In this document: positions 39,527 through 49,810 of the stretch, in pieces
How the letters are laid out: every line of letters begins with the position of its first letter
How positions within the stretch are numbered: position 1 is the first letter of the stretch
Assembly: GCF_021290925.1 (NCBI RefSeq)
Contig: NZ_JAJSLX010000002.1
Location: 1,110,235-1,174,234 of the forward strand
Length of the DNA stretch: 64,000 bases
Source: Sessilibacter corallicola
Lineage (GTDB): Bacteria > Pseudomonadota > Gammaproteobacteria > Pseudomonadales > Cellvibrionaceae
Reading direction: 5' to 3'
Position numbers and translations under genes: made by a program
The notes under the pieces: generated by a model
Databases searched by the model: none
What the model was told of the DNA's origin: nothing
Seen by the model: the letters and a program-made list of their open reading frames with translations, nothing else

Positions 39527-39733
39527 TTGATGAATTTAAAAATACTAGTTTTACGTATTTTATACTTAGTTTTAGGTGTTGGTTGTGCTCAAAGCCATGA
39601 TGTCAGGTCTGATGGTGAGGAATTAGATCATCCCTTGGTCAATGTGGAATATAAAATGAGTGTGTTAGATTTGATGGCTAAGCTCAAGGTATTAGCGTCT
39701 ATGATGACGAAAACTGAGGTGAAAATTCGATGA
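39527..39733 (+). CDS. Small hypothetical protein with signal peptide/lipobox-like N-terminus
   Basis: 68 aa; LVLGVGC at the end of the hydrophobic segment. Overlaps the next ORF by 4 bp. Confidence 0.25.
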   Translation: MMNLKILVLRILYLVLGVGCAQSHDVRSDGEELDHPLVNVEYKMSVLDLMAKLKVLASMMTKTEVKIR

Positions 39734-40053
39734 AAACGATAGCATTTCCATCATCAGTAAAGGCTAAGCTTTTATCTATTGCAACGAGCAATAAATACCA
39801 ACAAATCATCGACATACTACGACGGGGCCGTGATGATGAATTGATTATCAATGATTTAATTGAAGCACAGGCTATCGTTGATACTGTTAGAGCAAAATTA
39901 ATTGATACCCAATTAAAATACCCTAATTGGGACGATGAATTACCAAACTACAATGAAGATCATGAAGAAGCATTTCAAGATTTTCAAATGGGAGTATTTG
40001 AGAAAACGGTTTTTTATATTTCCCATGAATTTGATGTTCGAACTATGACTTAA
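39730..40053 (+). CDS. Small hypothetical protein
   Basis: 107 aa, coupled to the preceding ORF. AT-rich. Confidence 0.25.
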   Translation: MKTIAFPSSVKAKLLSIATSNKYQQIIDILRRGRDDELIINDLIEAQAIVDTVRAKLIDTQLKYPNWDDELPNYNEDHEEAFQDFQMGVFEKTVFYISHEFDVRTMT

Positions 40054-40188
40054 TTTCAGCTTTTGTAGAAATATATTGGAAACTGGTTCTACTCAGATGA
40101 GGTGATAATATTATGATTGTTTAGGGGCACAGAATCGCGGTTATAACCCATTTAAAATGGATTTTCCAATATTTAGTCTGATTGAATA

Positions 40189-40419
40189 TCAATCAGGTTT
40201 AACGATTTTCAATTCTGGTTTTTCTTCGCCATAATCATCCTCGAACTCATCGGCCAGTTGATCAATTATTTTATCCGGGTTGCCAGCTAGCAACCCTTCT
40301 GGTTCAGTCGAGTCAATAGGCGGAACAGGGTATTTCTCGCGATGTTTGTAGCCGAATTCTTTAAGTCGTTTCTTCGCTTCTTCTAGGCTTGGTTCTGGCT
40401 TATATTTCTTAGTCATCAC
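40189..40419 (-). CDS. Small acidic hypothetical protein
   Basis: 76 aa, Lys/Glu-rich. Confidence 0.2.
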   Translation of the reverse strand: MMTKKYKPEPSLEEAKKRLKEFGYKHREKYPVPPIDSTEPEGLLAGNPDKIIDQLADEFEDDYGEEKPELKIVKPD

Positions 40420-40866
40420 GTAGACCTCTGTCTGATTTATTGCTTTTGTCTGAGGGTGCTGAGTTATCAGTTACGGGCTTGTTGGATTTTACCTTCGATA
40501 ACATCAATTCTCACCTTTGCATTACATCTAGAGGATCTACCAAGCGTCAATCACCTTCTGTTAGTTTTGGTCGTCTGAAAACAGCGCAGTGCTTAAAGTT
40601 GGTTTGTTTGTGAAGGCTAGTGTGCCTATATCTTTTAATAAGAAGATATTACTATTGCTCTGCTTTCTTAGAATTATTACCCTGAGATCAATGATGCCCG
40701 AATTATTCCATAACTATATGATTTATATCTAAATATTAACTTTATTGCGCTAAATTTATCTGTTTGGTACCAATTTTGGGTTATTAACTTATTCTTTATT
40801 TATTCTAATATATTATTTTTGTGAGTGATAAATATTGAGAGAATAGAACACTAACAATGAATAAGC

Positions 40867-41622
40867 ATGGTTTCTATTTTTCTTTCGGAGGTGGCTTTGT
40901 TTGCCAAAATAAAAACGGAGTTTAGCAATGCGCCTCTGAGCACGTCTGAGACCTTCTTGAAAATAATGGCTGCTTTAGGAACTGCTGTCGTCTCGCTATT
41001 TTACTTTTTTTCAGGTTCGACTGGTGAGGTTGATTCGGGAGATAACAAAGCTGAGATTCCTATCGTTGTTCCAGAAATTGCTCCAGAGATAAAGCCTGAG
41101 TTAATAACTAAGGTGATAGACGAACCAAAAAATTACCAAGAAACTACTGCGAAAATATCTGAACAAAAAAATACTGATCTATCTGAAACTCCGAAAAATT
41201 ATATTGAGATAGCGGATTTTGTAGATATTAACTCTAACTTTTTTGAACTTGGTATAGGTGATGATGCGTATAATTTGATTGACGGTAATATAAATACCAC
41301 AGTCAAATTTCCCTCTCAAAAACGAACACTGCAGGCTAAATTCACATTGGTCTTTGCTGAGCCTGTCATCATTAAATATATCGGCATTGGTCAACCTAAT
41401 TCAGACTACCAGTTACATCTTTCTAAAATAAAAATTCGAGCGCAATATGCCAATAATCATTGGGGTGATTGGGTTGAATATAAAATTGAATCCAGTAGAG
41501 GAGAGGCACGTCTCAATTTTTCTGATTCTCAGCAGGTGTTGACGCTTGACTTTAATCCCATTAGTAGTGTGAATAAGTTTCGTGCAACAGAATTAGGTGA
41601 TGTTTCAATTTATCGGTATTAA
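40867..41622 (+). CDS. Hypothetical membrane-anchored protein
   Basis: 251 aa with an N-terminal TM (IMAALGTAVVSLFYFF), a Pro/Glu/Ile-rich linker and a C-terminal beta-rich domain. Confidence 0.35.
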   Translation: MVSIFLSEVALFAKIKTEFSNAPLSTSETFLKIMAALGTAVVSLFYFFSGSTGEVDSGDNKAEIPIVVPEIAPEIKPELITKVIDEPKNYQETTAKISEQKNTDLSETPKNYIEIADFVDINSNFFELGIGDDAYNLIDGNINTTVKFPSQKRTLQAKFTLVFAEPVIIKYIGIGQPNSDYQLHLSKIKIRAQYANNHWGDWVEYKIESSRGEARLNFSDSQQVLTLDFNPISSVNKFRATELGDVSIYRY

Positions 41623-41642
41623 TTATTAATTTAGGGGGTTTT

Positions 41643-42050
41643 GTGCGTAAGATTTTTGTTTTTGGTGTTCTTTGCTTTTTTTCTCTATTTTCTAGGGCGG
41701 ATGAATCGGTGATTGGTCACTGGCAAACTACTCAGGTATTTGATGGCTTGCCAGTAGTTGTCGATATTGTGATTACTCAGTTGGCGTTAAAGGATAAATC
41801 TACAAAGATGAGTTTTGCATCGCCTCGAAACTGTTCAGTTACCTTTCAGTATTCTGGTTTGGTAGAAGAGTATGAGTTTTTTTATGTGGCTAGTACTACA
41901 TTGAGTACTTGGTGTGAGAGAAATATGAGGCCAGGTAAAAGAAAAGTTGCTTATATGAAGGCTAAAACTAATCAGAGTGGGCAGTTGATATATGACTTGT
42001 TTCAAAATGGTGCTCGTGTCGAAGGTGGAATTGCTAAGAGACTAAAATAA
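41643..42050 (+). CDS. Hypothetical secreted protein
   Basis: 135 aa with signal peptide MRKIFVFGVLCFFSLFSRA. 20 bp downstream of the previous ORF. Confidence 0.35.
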   Translation: MRKIFVFGVLCFFSLFSRADESVIGHWQTTQVFDGLPVVVDIVITQLALKDKSTKMSFASPRNCSVTFQYSGLVEEYEFFYVASTTLSTWCERNMRPGKRKVAYMKAKTNQSGQLIYDLFQNGARVEGGIAKRLK

Positions 42051-42107
42051 AAAATTTTATTAATATGCTCCTAAATCATTAATTGAATTAGGAGCATTTC
42101 TTAACTT

Positions 42108-43130
42108 TTAAACACTAACCACCACTTTCCCCATTGCTTTTCCACTCGCTAATCTCTCATGCGCTTGTCCAATTTCTTCTAAGCCAAATTCTTGCTCGTC
42201 TAAAATAGGTTTTAGTTTTCCGGCATCTGCAATTTCGGCGAGTTTAGTTAGGATTTTTCCATGTTGTTCGCGTTGGTAGTTGTGCAGCATCGGTATCAGC
42301 ATAAATACTACGTGCAGTGATAAGCCTTTAAAGTGTGCGAGTGTTAAATCCAGTTCTACCATTGAAACCGTTGTAGCTATGTGTGCATTTAAGGCGGCGG
42401 CTTCAAAGGAATTAATAATGTTGGCGCCGCCGACGGAATCGAATACCACGTTAAAGCCGGTTCCGTTGGTGTGTTTGGTAACGTAATCGGCAACGGTTTC
42501 GGTTTTGTAGTTGATGGGGGTTGCGCCGAGTTGTTCGATCAGTGCCAGTTGTTTTTCTCCGCCGCCAGTTGAATACACGTCGGCGCCAAAATAATTGGCC
42601 AGTTGCAGTGCAATATGACCAACGCCGCCGCTGCCGCCGTGCACTAATACGGTTTGGTTTTCACCGATATTGGCGCGGGTTAAGCCTTCGTAGGCGGTTA
42701 TGCCGACTAAGGGAATGGCGGCGGCTTCGTGCATGGTCAGGGTTTTGGGTTTGTGGGCGATGAGTTTTGCGTCTGCCAATAGGTATTCAGCGAGTGTGCC
42801 TGGCAGGTCTGCGAGTCCTCCGGCGCAACCATACACTTCGTCGCCAACGTTAAAGTCGGTCACACCTTCCCCTATTGCTTCTACGGTGCCCGCGAAATCC
42901 ATCCCTAGAATTGCCGGTAGTGCGGGCGACAACGGTAGTTCTTCGCCCATTTGGCGGATCATGGTGTCGACGGTGTTGACGCTGGTTGCGGCAATTTTTA
43001 CCAAAACGTGTCCGGGTTTAACGGTGGGTTTTGGGTGTTCGGTGGGTTCAAATACGGCGTCGCTGCCATAGGTGTTGAGTAGCATTGCTTTCATGCGGGA
43101 GTTCTCTGTAATCGTTGAAAAACCCAGCAT
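42108..43130 (-). CDS. Zn-dependent alcohol dehydrogenase-superfamily quinone oxidoreductase (Qor-like)
   Basis: 340 aa with the MDR fold and Rossmann motif VLVHGGSGGVGHIALQLA. Confidence 0.8.
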   Translation of the reverse strand: MLGFSTITENSRMKAMLLNTYGSDAVFEPTEHPKPTVKPGHVLVKIAATSVNTVDTMIRQMGEELPLSPALPAILGMDFAGTVEAIGEGVTDFNVGDEVYGCAGGLADLPGTLAEYLLADAKLIAHKPKTLTMHEAAAIPLVGITAYEGLTRANIGENQTVLVHGGSGGVGHIALQLANYFGADVYSTGGGEKQLALIEQLGATPINYKTETVADYVTKHTNGTGFNVVFDSVGGANIINSFEAAALNAHIATTVSMVELDLTLAHFKGLSLHVVFMLIPMLHNYQREQHGKILTKLAEIADAGKLKPILDEQEFGLEEIGQAHERLASGKAMGKVVVSV

Positions 43131-43188
43131 AATTGTTCGTGAAATAATTGATAATATGCATTAATGTTGATTCAGTTTATGGATTCTG

Positions 43189-44112
43189 TTGAAAATCGTG
43201 CGTATGAATATTGATCACTTACAATTATTTGTTCGAATTGCCGTTACCCAAAACATCAGTTCGGCCGGTAAAGAACTGGGTTTGTCGCCAGCGGTTGCCA
43301 GCAGCCATATCAATAAGCTGGAGCAATCCCTGGGCACGCGCTTGATTCACAGAACCACTCGCCAGGTGTCGTTAACTGAGGAAGGCAAAGCGTTTCTGCC
43401 GCACGCGCAACAGGTGTTAGAGAGTGTTGAAACCGCTAAATCGTCGGTGGGCGGTGGCGCGGCTAAGCCGCAAGGTAAGTTGCGGGTCACGGCACCGGCA
43501 TCGTTTGGGCGCATGCACGTGTTGCCAGCGTTAACAGCGTTCTTTGAACGTTATCCCGATCTGCATGTGGATTTGTCGTTAAGTGACAGCATTATCGATA
43601 TGGTTGAAGGCGGGTTTGACGTCGCAATTCGAGATGCCGCTTTGAACGATTCAACGCTGATTGCGCGAAAACTGGCGCCAGTAGATCGCATTGTTTGTGC
43701 CTCGCCGGATTATTTAGCTAAGCACGGTGAGCCAAAAGTACCGCAAGATTTATTGCATCATCAATGCGTGAATTTAATGGGGCTTGAAACCTGGGGTTTT
43801 GATACGCCTTCGGGCAAGCAGTTGGTTAAAACTCAAGATCATTTGCGTACCGATAACGGCGAAGTTGCCAGAGACGCTTGCGTTGATGGTCTTGGAATTA
43901 TTATTTGTTCTACGTGGTGTTGTTATCAGCAGGTGCAACGCGGCGAGCTAATACCGATTTTAACGGAATTTCCTCTGTCTGCTAAAACCGATATTTGGGC
44001 GGTGTATCCGAGTTCACGGTTGTTAGCGCCCAAAGTTAGAGTGTTTATTGATTTCTTTTTAGAGCGTTTTGCGGGCGTGCCTTATTGGCAGCGGGAAATG
44101 AAAACCAAGTAA
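43189..44112 (+). CDS. LysR-family transcriptional regulator
   Basis: N-terminal HTH (…LQLFVRIAVTQNISSAGKELGLSPAVASSHINKLEQSLG) plus LysR substrate-binding domain. Divergent from qor. Confidence 0.85.
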   Translation: MKIVRMNIDHLQLFVRIAVTQNISSAGKELGLSPAVASSHINKLEQSLGTRLIHRTTRQVSLTEEGKAFLPHAQQVLESVETAKSSVGGGAAKPQGKLRVTAPASFGRMHVLPALTAFFERYPDLHVDLSLSDSIIDMVEGGFDVAIRDAALNDSTLIARKLAPVDRIVCASPDYLAKHGEPKVPQDLLHHQCVNLMGLETWGFDTPSGKQLVKTQDHLRTDNGEVARDACVDGLGIIICSTWCCYQQVQRGELIPILTEFPLSAKTDIWAVYPSSRLLAPKVRVFIDFFLERFAGVPYWQREMKTK

Positions 44113-44232
44113 TTATTTTAAGATTATCAATAAATTCTAAAAACTGATTCCTCTTTTCTTACTGTTATCAATGGGTGTTCCGATAACTATGATTCTCGGA
44201 CTTTAACCGCTGTGATTAATGAAGAGGGTATT

Positions 44233-45078
44233 ATGGACTACGTTGATTTTAAAACGTTTGAAGCTGTCGCTAATAATGGTGTTTTAATGGTAACGTTTGA
44301 TTTTCCTCCGGTGAATGTTCAAGGTTTACCAATGCTGGCTGATCTAAATATGCTGGCGCAAAAGTTAGAAGCGGATAAAACAATAAAAGTTGTTGTGTTT
44401 CAGTCTGCTCATCCGGAAATTTTCGTCTGCCATGCGGATACTAATTTTTTGAAAGATATATCTGCCAAACCGGTATCCCGTGAAGAAGTGGAGCTGTTGG
44501 ATTTGCAGGTTGTGCTTGAACGAATCAGCCAATTACCGCAAGCAACTATCGCTAAAATTGAGGGTTTTGCCCGTGGTGGTGGCCACGAATTTGCGCTTGC
44601 GTGTGACATGCGTTTTGCTGCGCGTGGCAAAGCTAAATTTATGCAAATGGAAGTAGGGATGGGAATCCTTCCCTGTGGCGGCGGTGCTTCAAGAATGGCT
44701 CGGCAAGTGGGATTGGGTCGCGCGTTAGAAATTGTATTGGCAGCGGATGATTTCGATGCTGACCAAGCAGAAGCTTACGGTACCATTAATCGCGCACTGG
44801 ATCCCGAAGAAATTGGACCGTTTGTAGATGCGTTCGCGCAACGCATCGCTCGTTGGCCTTGTGAATCTATCAATGCAACTAAAAAGGCAGTGCTCGCTTC
44901 GGTTGATTTACCCATCCGGGAGGCGTTGCGTGAAGAGGCGTATTGGCTTTATCAGGCTACCAGTCAAACGCCAGCACTGAAGCGTTTTAAATGGGCCGAC
45001 GACAACGAAGCGCAATTTGAATTAGAGAATCAGCGTAATTGGCCGGATATGTTGGTCAATGTGCAAGAGGTTAAGTGA
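44233..45078 (+). CDS. Enoyl-CoA hydratase/isomerase (crotonase) family protein
   Basis: Crotonase fold pattern (…IAKIEGFARGGGHEFALACDMRFA…). ORF track starts at 44212; MDYVDF chosen as start. Confidence 0.7.
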   Translation: MDYVDFKTFEAVANNGVLMVTFDFPPVNVQGLPMLADLNMLAQKLEADKTIKVVVFQSAHPEIFVCHADTNFLKDISAKPVSREEVELLDLQVVLERISQLPQATIAKIEGFARGGGHEFALACDMRFAARGKAKFMQMEVGMGILPCGGGASRMARQVGLGRALEIVLAADDFDADQAEAYGTINRALDPEEIGPFVDAFAQRIARWPCESINATKKAVLASVDLPIREALREEAYWLYQATSQTPALKRFKWADDNEAQFELENQRNWPDMLVNVQEVK

Positions 45079-45134
45079 TTTAAAAACTTTTTCAACTTAT
45101 GCCAGAGGTATTTTGCTTCTGGCGTTTCGGATAA

Positions 45135-45941
45135 ATGACTATGTCTAAAACAATTTTAATTACCGGTGCCACAGACGGTATTGGTTTAGAAACAGCAAAA
45201 ATACTTCTCGACAAAGGTCATCACGTTATTTTAAGCGGCCGCAACGAGAAGAAAATGGCGGCGGTGGTCGATGAGCTTTCTGCTAAAGGATCTTTGGATT
45301 CTGTCATCGCCGATTTATCGAGCTTACAGGCTGTTAATCAGCTAGCTGTGAACGTGGCTAAACGGTACTCAAAGATTGATGTCTTAATTAACAACGCTGG
45401 TATTTTAGAATCGAAAACACCCTTGAATGAGCACGGACACGATGTTCGCTTTGTGGTTAATACCCTTGCGCCGTATCTTCTTACTAAAAAGCTCATGCCG
45501 AATTTTGAGTCAGACAGCCGAATTATTAATTTGTCTTCCGCGGCGCAAGCGTCGATAAATCTGTCTGCTCTTGCGGGTAATAATGTGGTACTAGAAAGTA
45601 TGGATGCCTACGCGCAAAGTAAATTGGCGATTACTATGTGGACGATTTTTTTGGCGGAAAAATACGCAAATGGGCCAGAGTTTATTGCTGTGAATCCTGG
45701 CTCGTTGCTTGGCAGTAAAATGGTTAAAGAAAAATTTGGCATTTCAGGAAATGATATTTTAGTAGGTGCTAATATTTTGGTAGAAGCTGCGTTGTCAGAA
45801 AAATTTGCCCATGCCTCGGGTAAATATTTTGATAATGACCTTGGTGATTTTGGCAACCCTCACGCCGATGCGAATAATCCAAAAAAGGTTAGTGATGTTA
45901 TGGCAATCATTGAAGACTGTATTCGTGACTACGAAGCGTAA
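45135..45941 (+). CDS. Short-chain dehydrogenase/reductase (SDR)
   Basis: TGATDGIG cofactor motif, NNAG, and catalytic YxxxK (YAQSK). Confidence 0.8.
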   Translation: MTMSKTILITGATDGIGLETAKILLDKGHHVILSGRNEKKMAAVVDELSAKGSLDSVIADLSSLQAVNQLAVNVAKRYSKIDVLINNAGILESKTPLNEHGHDVRFVVNTLAPYLLTKKLMPNFESDSRIINLSSAAQASINLSALAGNNVVLESMDAYAQSKLAITMWTIFLAEKYANGPEFIAVNPGSLLGSKMVKEKFGISGNDILVGANILVEAALSEKFAHASGKYFDNDLGDFGNPHADANNPKKVSDVMAIIEDCIRDYEA

Positions 45942-46167
45942 TTATCAGTATAAAAATTTTTAGCTTTTATACAGGCTCATCAGAATACAATTTATATATA
46001 AATTTTCGCATGTAACGGATAACTGCTTTTCAATACTTATAAAAAGGAGTATTGTTTGCTGCCAGGAGTTCCTGCCGTTTCTATCTATAAAAATAATTTT
46101 TCCAGGACTAAAGTTGTATTATTTGCTGTTTGCCGTTTAAAAACAGTACTAATCTGGATTTATTACC

Positions 46168-47409
46168 ATGTTACATTATTTTCTGATGGGCCTTGCCGTG
46201 CTCGCTTTATTGAGCATTGTGTTTGAAGAAGTTATTCATATCAATAAAGCAAAAACTACGCTGTTTTTTGGTTGTCTCTCCTGGGTTTTGCTTTTTTTCT
46301 TTGCTGATTCTGCTCAAGAACGAGAAAACATCAGCCATTTTTTAAATGAAAACCTGTTAGAAATAGCAACGCTCTGGCTGTTTTTAATGTCTACGATGAC
46401 TTTTGTCGCTTATTTAAATGCCAAGGGTCTGATTCAAACTTTTGTACAAAAATTATTTCCCCAAGAGTTATCTAAAAGATTGTTATTAATACTGGTGGCG
46501 TTATTTGCATTAGTACTTTCTGCTATTTGCGATAATGTTACCGCTACCTTGGTGACTATCGGATTAATTCAGTCCTTTGATTTAGAAAAACAAGATCGGT
46601 TAAAAATGGCCGCACTCACTGTGTTTGCGGTGAATTCCGGCGGTGTTGCATTAATTACCGGTGACGTTACAACGCTGATGATTTTTCTAGCTGGTCACGT
46701 GGATATGGGGCAATTATTAATCTTGTTAATTCCTTCTGCCGTGAGTGTGGTCGCGCTGGCGATTTTATTCAGTTTTGGCATGCATGGGCGAGTAACCACT
46801 GAGGTGGTACAGAGAACATTTACGTCGGTTGATATCGCCATTGCAATCGTCTTTTTTGCGACGATTATATGCACCATGCTTTTTAATATTTTCTTTTCCA
46901 TTCCTCCGGTTTTAACATTTTTAATGGGTTTGTCCATTATGTTTTTGATTGGTCGAACGGTATCTACCGATGCTGAGCAAACCCAAGTTCTTGAGTACAT
47001 CCGTCAAATTGAGTATGACACCTTGTTGTTCTTTTTGGGCATTTTAATGTTGGTTGGCATGCTCCAAGAAATACAGGTATTGGAGCAGGTTGCTCGTTGG
47101 TATTCTGAATTAGCACCGATTTATTCGAATTATATTGCGGGTGTGGTTTCTGCGTTACTCGATAACGTGCCCTTGACTGCGGCGTTATTGAAAGCAAGTC
47201 CAGAATTAACAACGTCGCAATGGTTGGGCTTAACCTATTCTGTGGGTGTTGGTGGTTCGTTGTTGATTATTGGTTCGGCTGCGGGAATTATTACCATGAG
47301 CAAGGTTAAGGAAATGACGTTTGGTGCTTATATGCGTTATTTTCCGGCGTTGCTGATTTGCTACACCATCGGTTATCTGTTGTCGATTTCGATTCCAACG
47401 TTGTTGTAA
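46168..47409 (+). CDS. Ion-transporter-superfamily permease (ArsB/NhaD/CitMHS-like)
   Basis: 413 aa with ~11 TM segments. An imperfect terminator-like hairpin plus T-run follows at ~47425-47470. Confidence 0.5.
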   Translation: MLHYFLMGLAVLALLSIVFEEVIHINKAKTTLFFGCLSWVLLFFFADSAQERENISHFLNENLLEIATLWLFLMSTMTFVAYLNAKGLIQTFVQKLFPQELSKRLLLILVALFALVLSAICDNVTATLVTIGLIQSFDLEKQDRLKMAALTVFAVNSGGVALITGDVTTLMIFLAGHVDMGQLLILLIPSAVSVVALAILFSFGMHGRVTTEVVQRTFTSVDIAIAIVFFATIICTMLFNIFFSIPPVLTFLMGLSIMFLIGRTVSTDAEQTQVLEYIRQIEYDTLLFFLGILMLVGMLQEIQVLEQVARWYSELAPIYSNYIAGVVSALLDNVPLTAALLKASPELTTSQWLGLTYSVGVGGSLLIIGSAAGIITMSKVKEMTFGAYMRYFPALLICYTIGYLLSISIPTLL

Positions 47410-48010
47410 TCTTTTAAAAATCCAGAAGGCTCCAAAATGTTGGGGCTTTCTGATTTATTAGTTTTTTATTTAGCCTTGTTTTTTCTGCTAGTTCTTTTGT
47501 TAGTGCTTCTGTTTTTCTACTCTTTATTTTCTTTTGTTCTCTACTTGTTGCTCTTTCTAGATTTTTGTGGCTTGTTTTTGTTTTGTCTGTAAGCGCCATT
47601 TTAGGCAGTAAAACCCGTTAAATAACTAAACCTATTCAACAACTCAATCTGTTAAACAAAACCTGACTGAATAGACTTGTTTGGCTCTCGCAGATTTATG
47701 GTATTTGTTCTTTTGAAAATAAGCGCAGGTTTGTGCTACATGAGTTTTATTTCAGTTTCGTTAAAATCCATTTTGAGTTTATTGATTTTACGAATTTTGA
47801 TCGTTCAAGTTGTTGTTATTATCCCCTTTTTGGCCTCTTTCACTTTTTATGACACATATGCGTCGAATTTATGAAATAAGTAGCAAATTGTAACAATTCT
47901 CGATTACCTTCCCTCCGTACCAGATTTTATTCATACGGTGATAATAATAGCGCTGCATTTTTAACGCTGATTGTGGCCTCCGTGATAATTAGCTATGTGA
48001 GTCGAGGGAT

Positions 48011-49729
48011 ATGAAAGCAATAAACTTTGTCGTACCTGGAACATTCGTTCTTCTACTGTCTGCTTGTAGTGATGATTCAAGTAAAAAACCTGTCGTGAAT
48101 GCGCCTGAGTCGACAGCTAAATCGACCGAGTCGGTATCGGTTGATACTGAAGCAAAAAAAGAAGACATGGTGTATTTAGAGCAAGACCCTGCGTTTGTGA
48201 AAGATATTATTTCTGCGTCGGTGAGCAGCCAGTCGAATATGTTTAACCGAGAAGCGGTTATTCCTCCTCAATGCTATACAAAAACGGAAGGTCACTTTAA
48301 CCCTTGTTATACCTGCCACCAATTTGCTACGCCGGGAGAAGGTCGCGCTAATTGGATGAGCGATGGTGAATTGCAAGGCGATTACGGTTTTTCTGATTTG
48401 GGCGTTACCAATCACTGGTTGAATTTATTCGAAGATCGCACCGCTCGAATTGAAAAAATCTCAGATCAAGAAATTGATGAATACGTAAACGAAGACAATT
48501 ATTCGTCTTTGGCTGGGCGGTTGATGGAGCAGGGTTGGGATGCTTGGTATCCAGATTTAAAAGATCTTCATTTGGCCGCTGATGCGTTTGATGATCAAGG
48601 TTTCGCGAAAGATGGCAGCGGCTGGGTAGCGTTTAATTATATGCCGTTACCAAGTACGTTTTGGCCAACCAACGGTTCTACCGATGATGTCATGATTCGC
48701 TTGCCAGAAGGTTTTCAGCAAGCCGCTGACGGTAAAAATAGCCGAGATATTTATCTGTTGAATTTGTCTGTTGTTGAAGCAGCCATCAAAAACTTCACTG
48801 AAATTTCGATTCCAGAAATGGACGAAAAAGCGTTGGGTATTGATTTAAATGGCGATGGCGAATTAACAAAAACTCAAAGCTTAAAACGCCCAACGCATTA
48901 TTTGGGTGGCGCATCGGATATTGCGGTGAAAACATTTTTATACCCGCGATACACCGAGTTTTTGCACACCGTGCGTTACGTTGGTATTGATGATCAAGGT
49001 GATGTCTACACGCCACCTAGAATGAAAGAAGTGCGTTACATGGTGAAAACGGTAGACCATAAAAAGTCGACTCTTGGCGCATTTTACGCAGAAGAACAAA
49101 AGGACAAGGAAGAAGGCAATCTGCCGCGTTATGCAACGCTTGGTCAGGAAGGTTTGGACAATAAATTCGGATGGCAATTAATTGGCTTTATTGAAAACGA
49201 ACAGGGCGTGTTAAGACAACAAAAATACGAAGAAAACCTGTTTTGTATGGGGTGTCACACCACCATTGGTTCAACCATCGATCAAACCTTTGCCTTTGCT
49301 CGTAAAGTGGATGGTGCTCAAGGTTGGGGGTATTTAAATCTGAAAGGTATGCCCGATGTGCCTATGTTTGGTGGCGAAATACCGTCTAACTTAGAATACT
49401 TAGAGCGAGTCGGCGGTGGTAATGAATTCCGTGAAAACGAAGAAATTCAAAATTTGTATTTTGATCACGGTAAATTAAATAAAGAAAAAGTGGCTGCGGT
49501 AAAAGACGTTTACGAACTTATCACACCGTCTCCTGAGCGAGCACGTGCTTTAAACAAAGCGTATCGTACGATCGTTGAAGATCAAGATTACGTTTACGGT
49601 CGCGATGCTAACTTAAAGCCTGCAACTAACGTATTTAGAAGCATTGATACGGAAGTGCCACCGTTGGAACCTCAACACCGAGCAACTTACGATATTCGTT
49701 TGGATTGGTCGGGCTATAAAGAGGACTGA
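48011..49729 (+). CDS. Di-heme c-type cytochrome lipoprotein (two CXXCH motifs)
   Basis: Signal peptide with lipobox LLSAC. CYTCH (~aa 99) and CMGCH (~aa 414). 572 aa, acidic. Confidence 0.55.
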   Translation: MKAINFVVPGTFVLLLSACSDDSSKKPVVNAPESTAKSTESVSVDTEAKKEDMVYLEQDPAFVKDIISASVSSQSNMFNREAVIPPQCYTKTEGHFNPCYTCHQFATPGEGRANWMSDGELQGDYGFSDLGVTNHWLNLFEDRTARIEKISDQEIDEYVNEDNYSSLAGRLMEQGWDAWYPDLKDLHLAADAFDDQGFAKDGSGWVAFNYMPLPSTFWPTNGSTDDVMIRLPEGFQQAADGKNSRDIYLLNLSVVEAAIKNFTEISIPEMDEKALGIDLNGDGELTKTQSLKRPTHYLGGASDIAVKTFLYPRYTEFLHTVRYVGIDDQGDVYTPPRMKEVRYMVKTVDHKKSTLGAFYAEEQKDKEEGNLPRYATLGQEGLDNKFGWQLIGFIENEQGVLRQQKYEENLFCMGCHTTIGSTIDQTFAFARKVDGAQGWGYLNLKGMPDVPMFGGEIPSNLEYLERVGGGNEFRENEEIQNLYFDHGKLNKEKVAAVKDVYELITPSPERARALNKAYRTIVEDQDYVYGRDANLKPATNVFRSIDTEVPPLEPQHRATYDIRLDWSGYKED

Positions 49730-49810
49730 TTGTCAGTCGATAAAATCATCGAACACAAAAAAGCCAGGAGTGATCCTGGCTTTTTTGTTTCTGGTTATTA
49801 AGTGGAGTTT

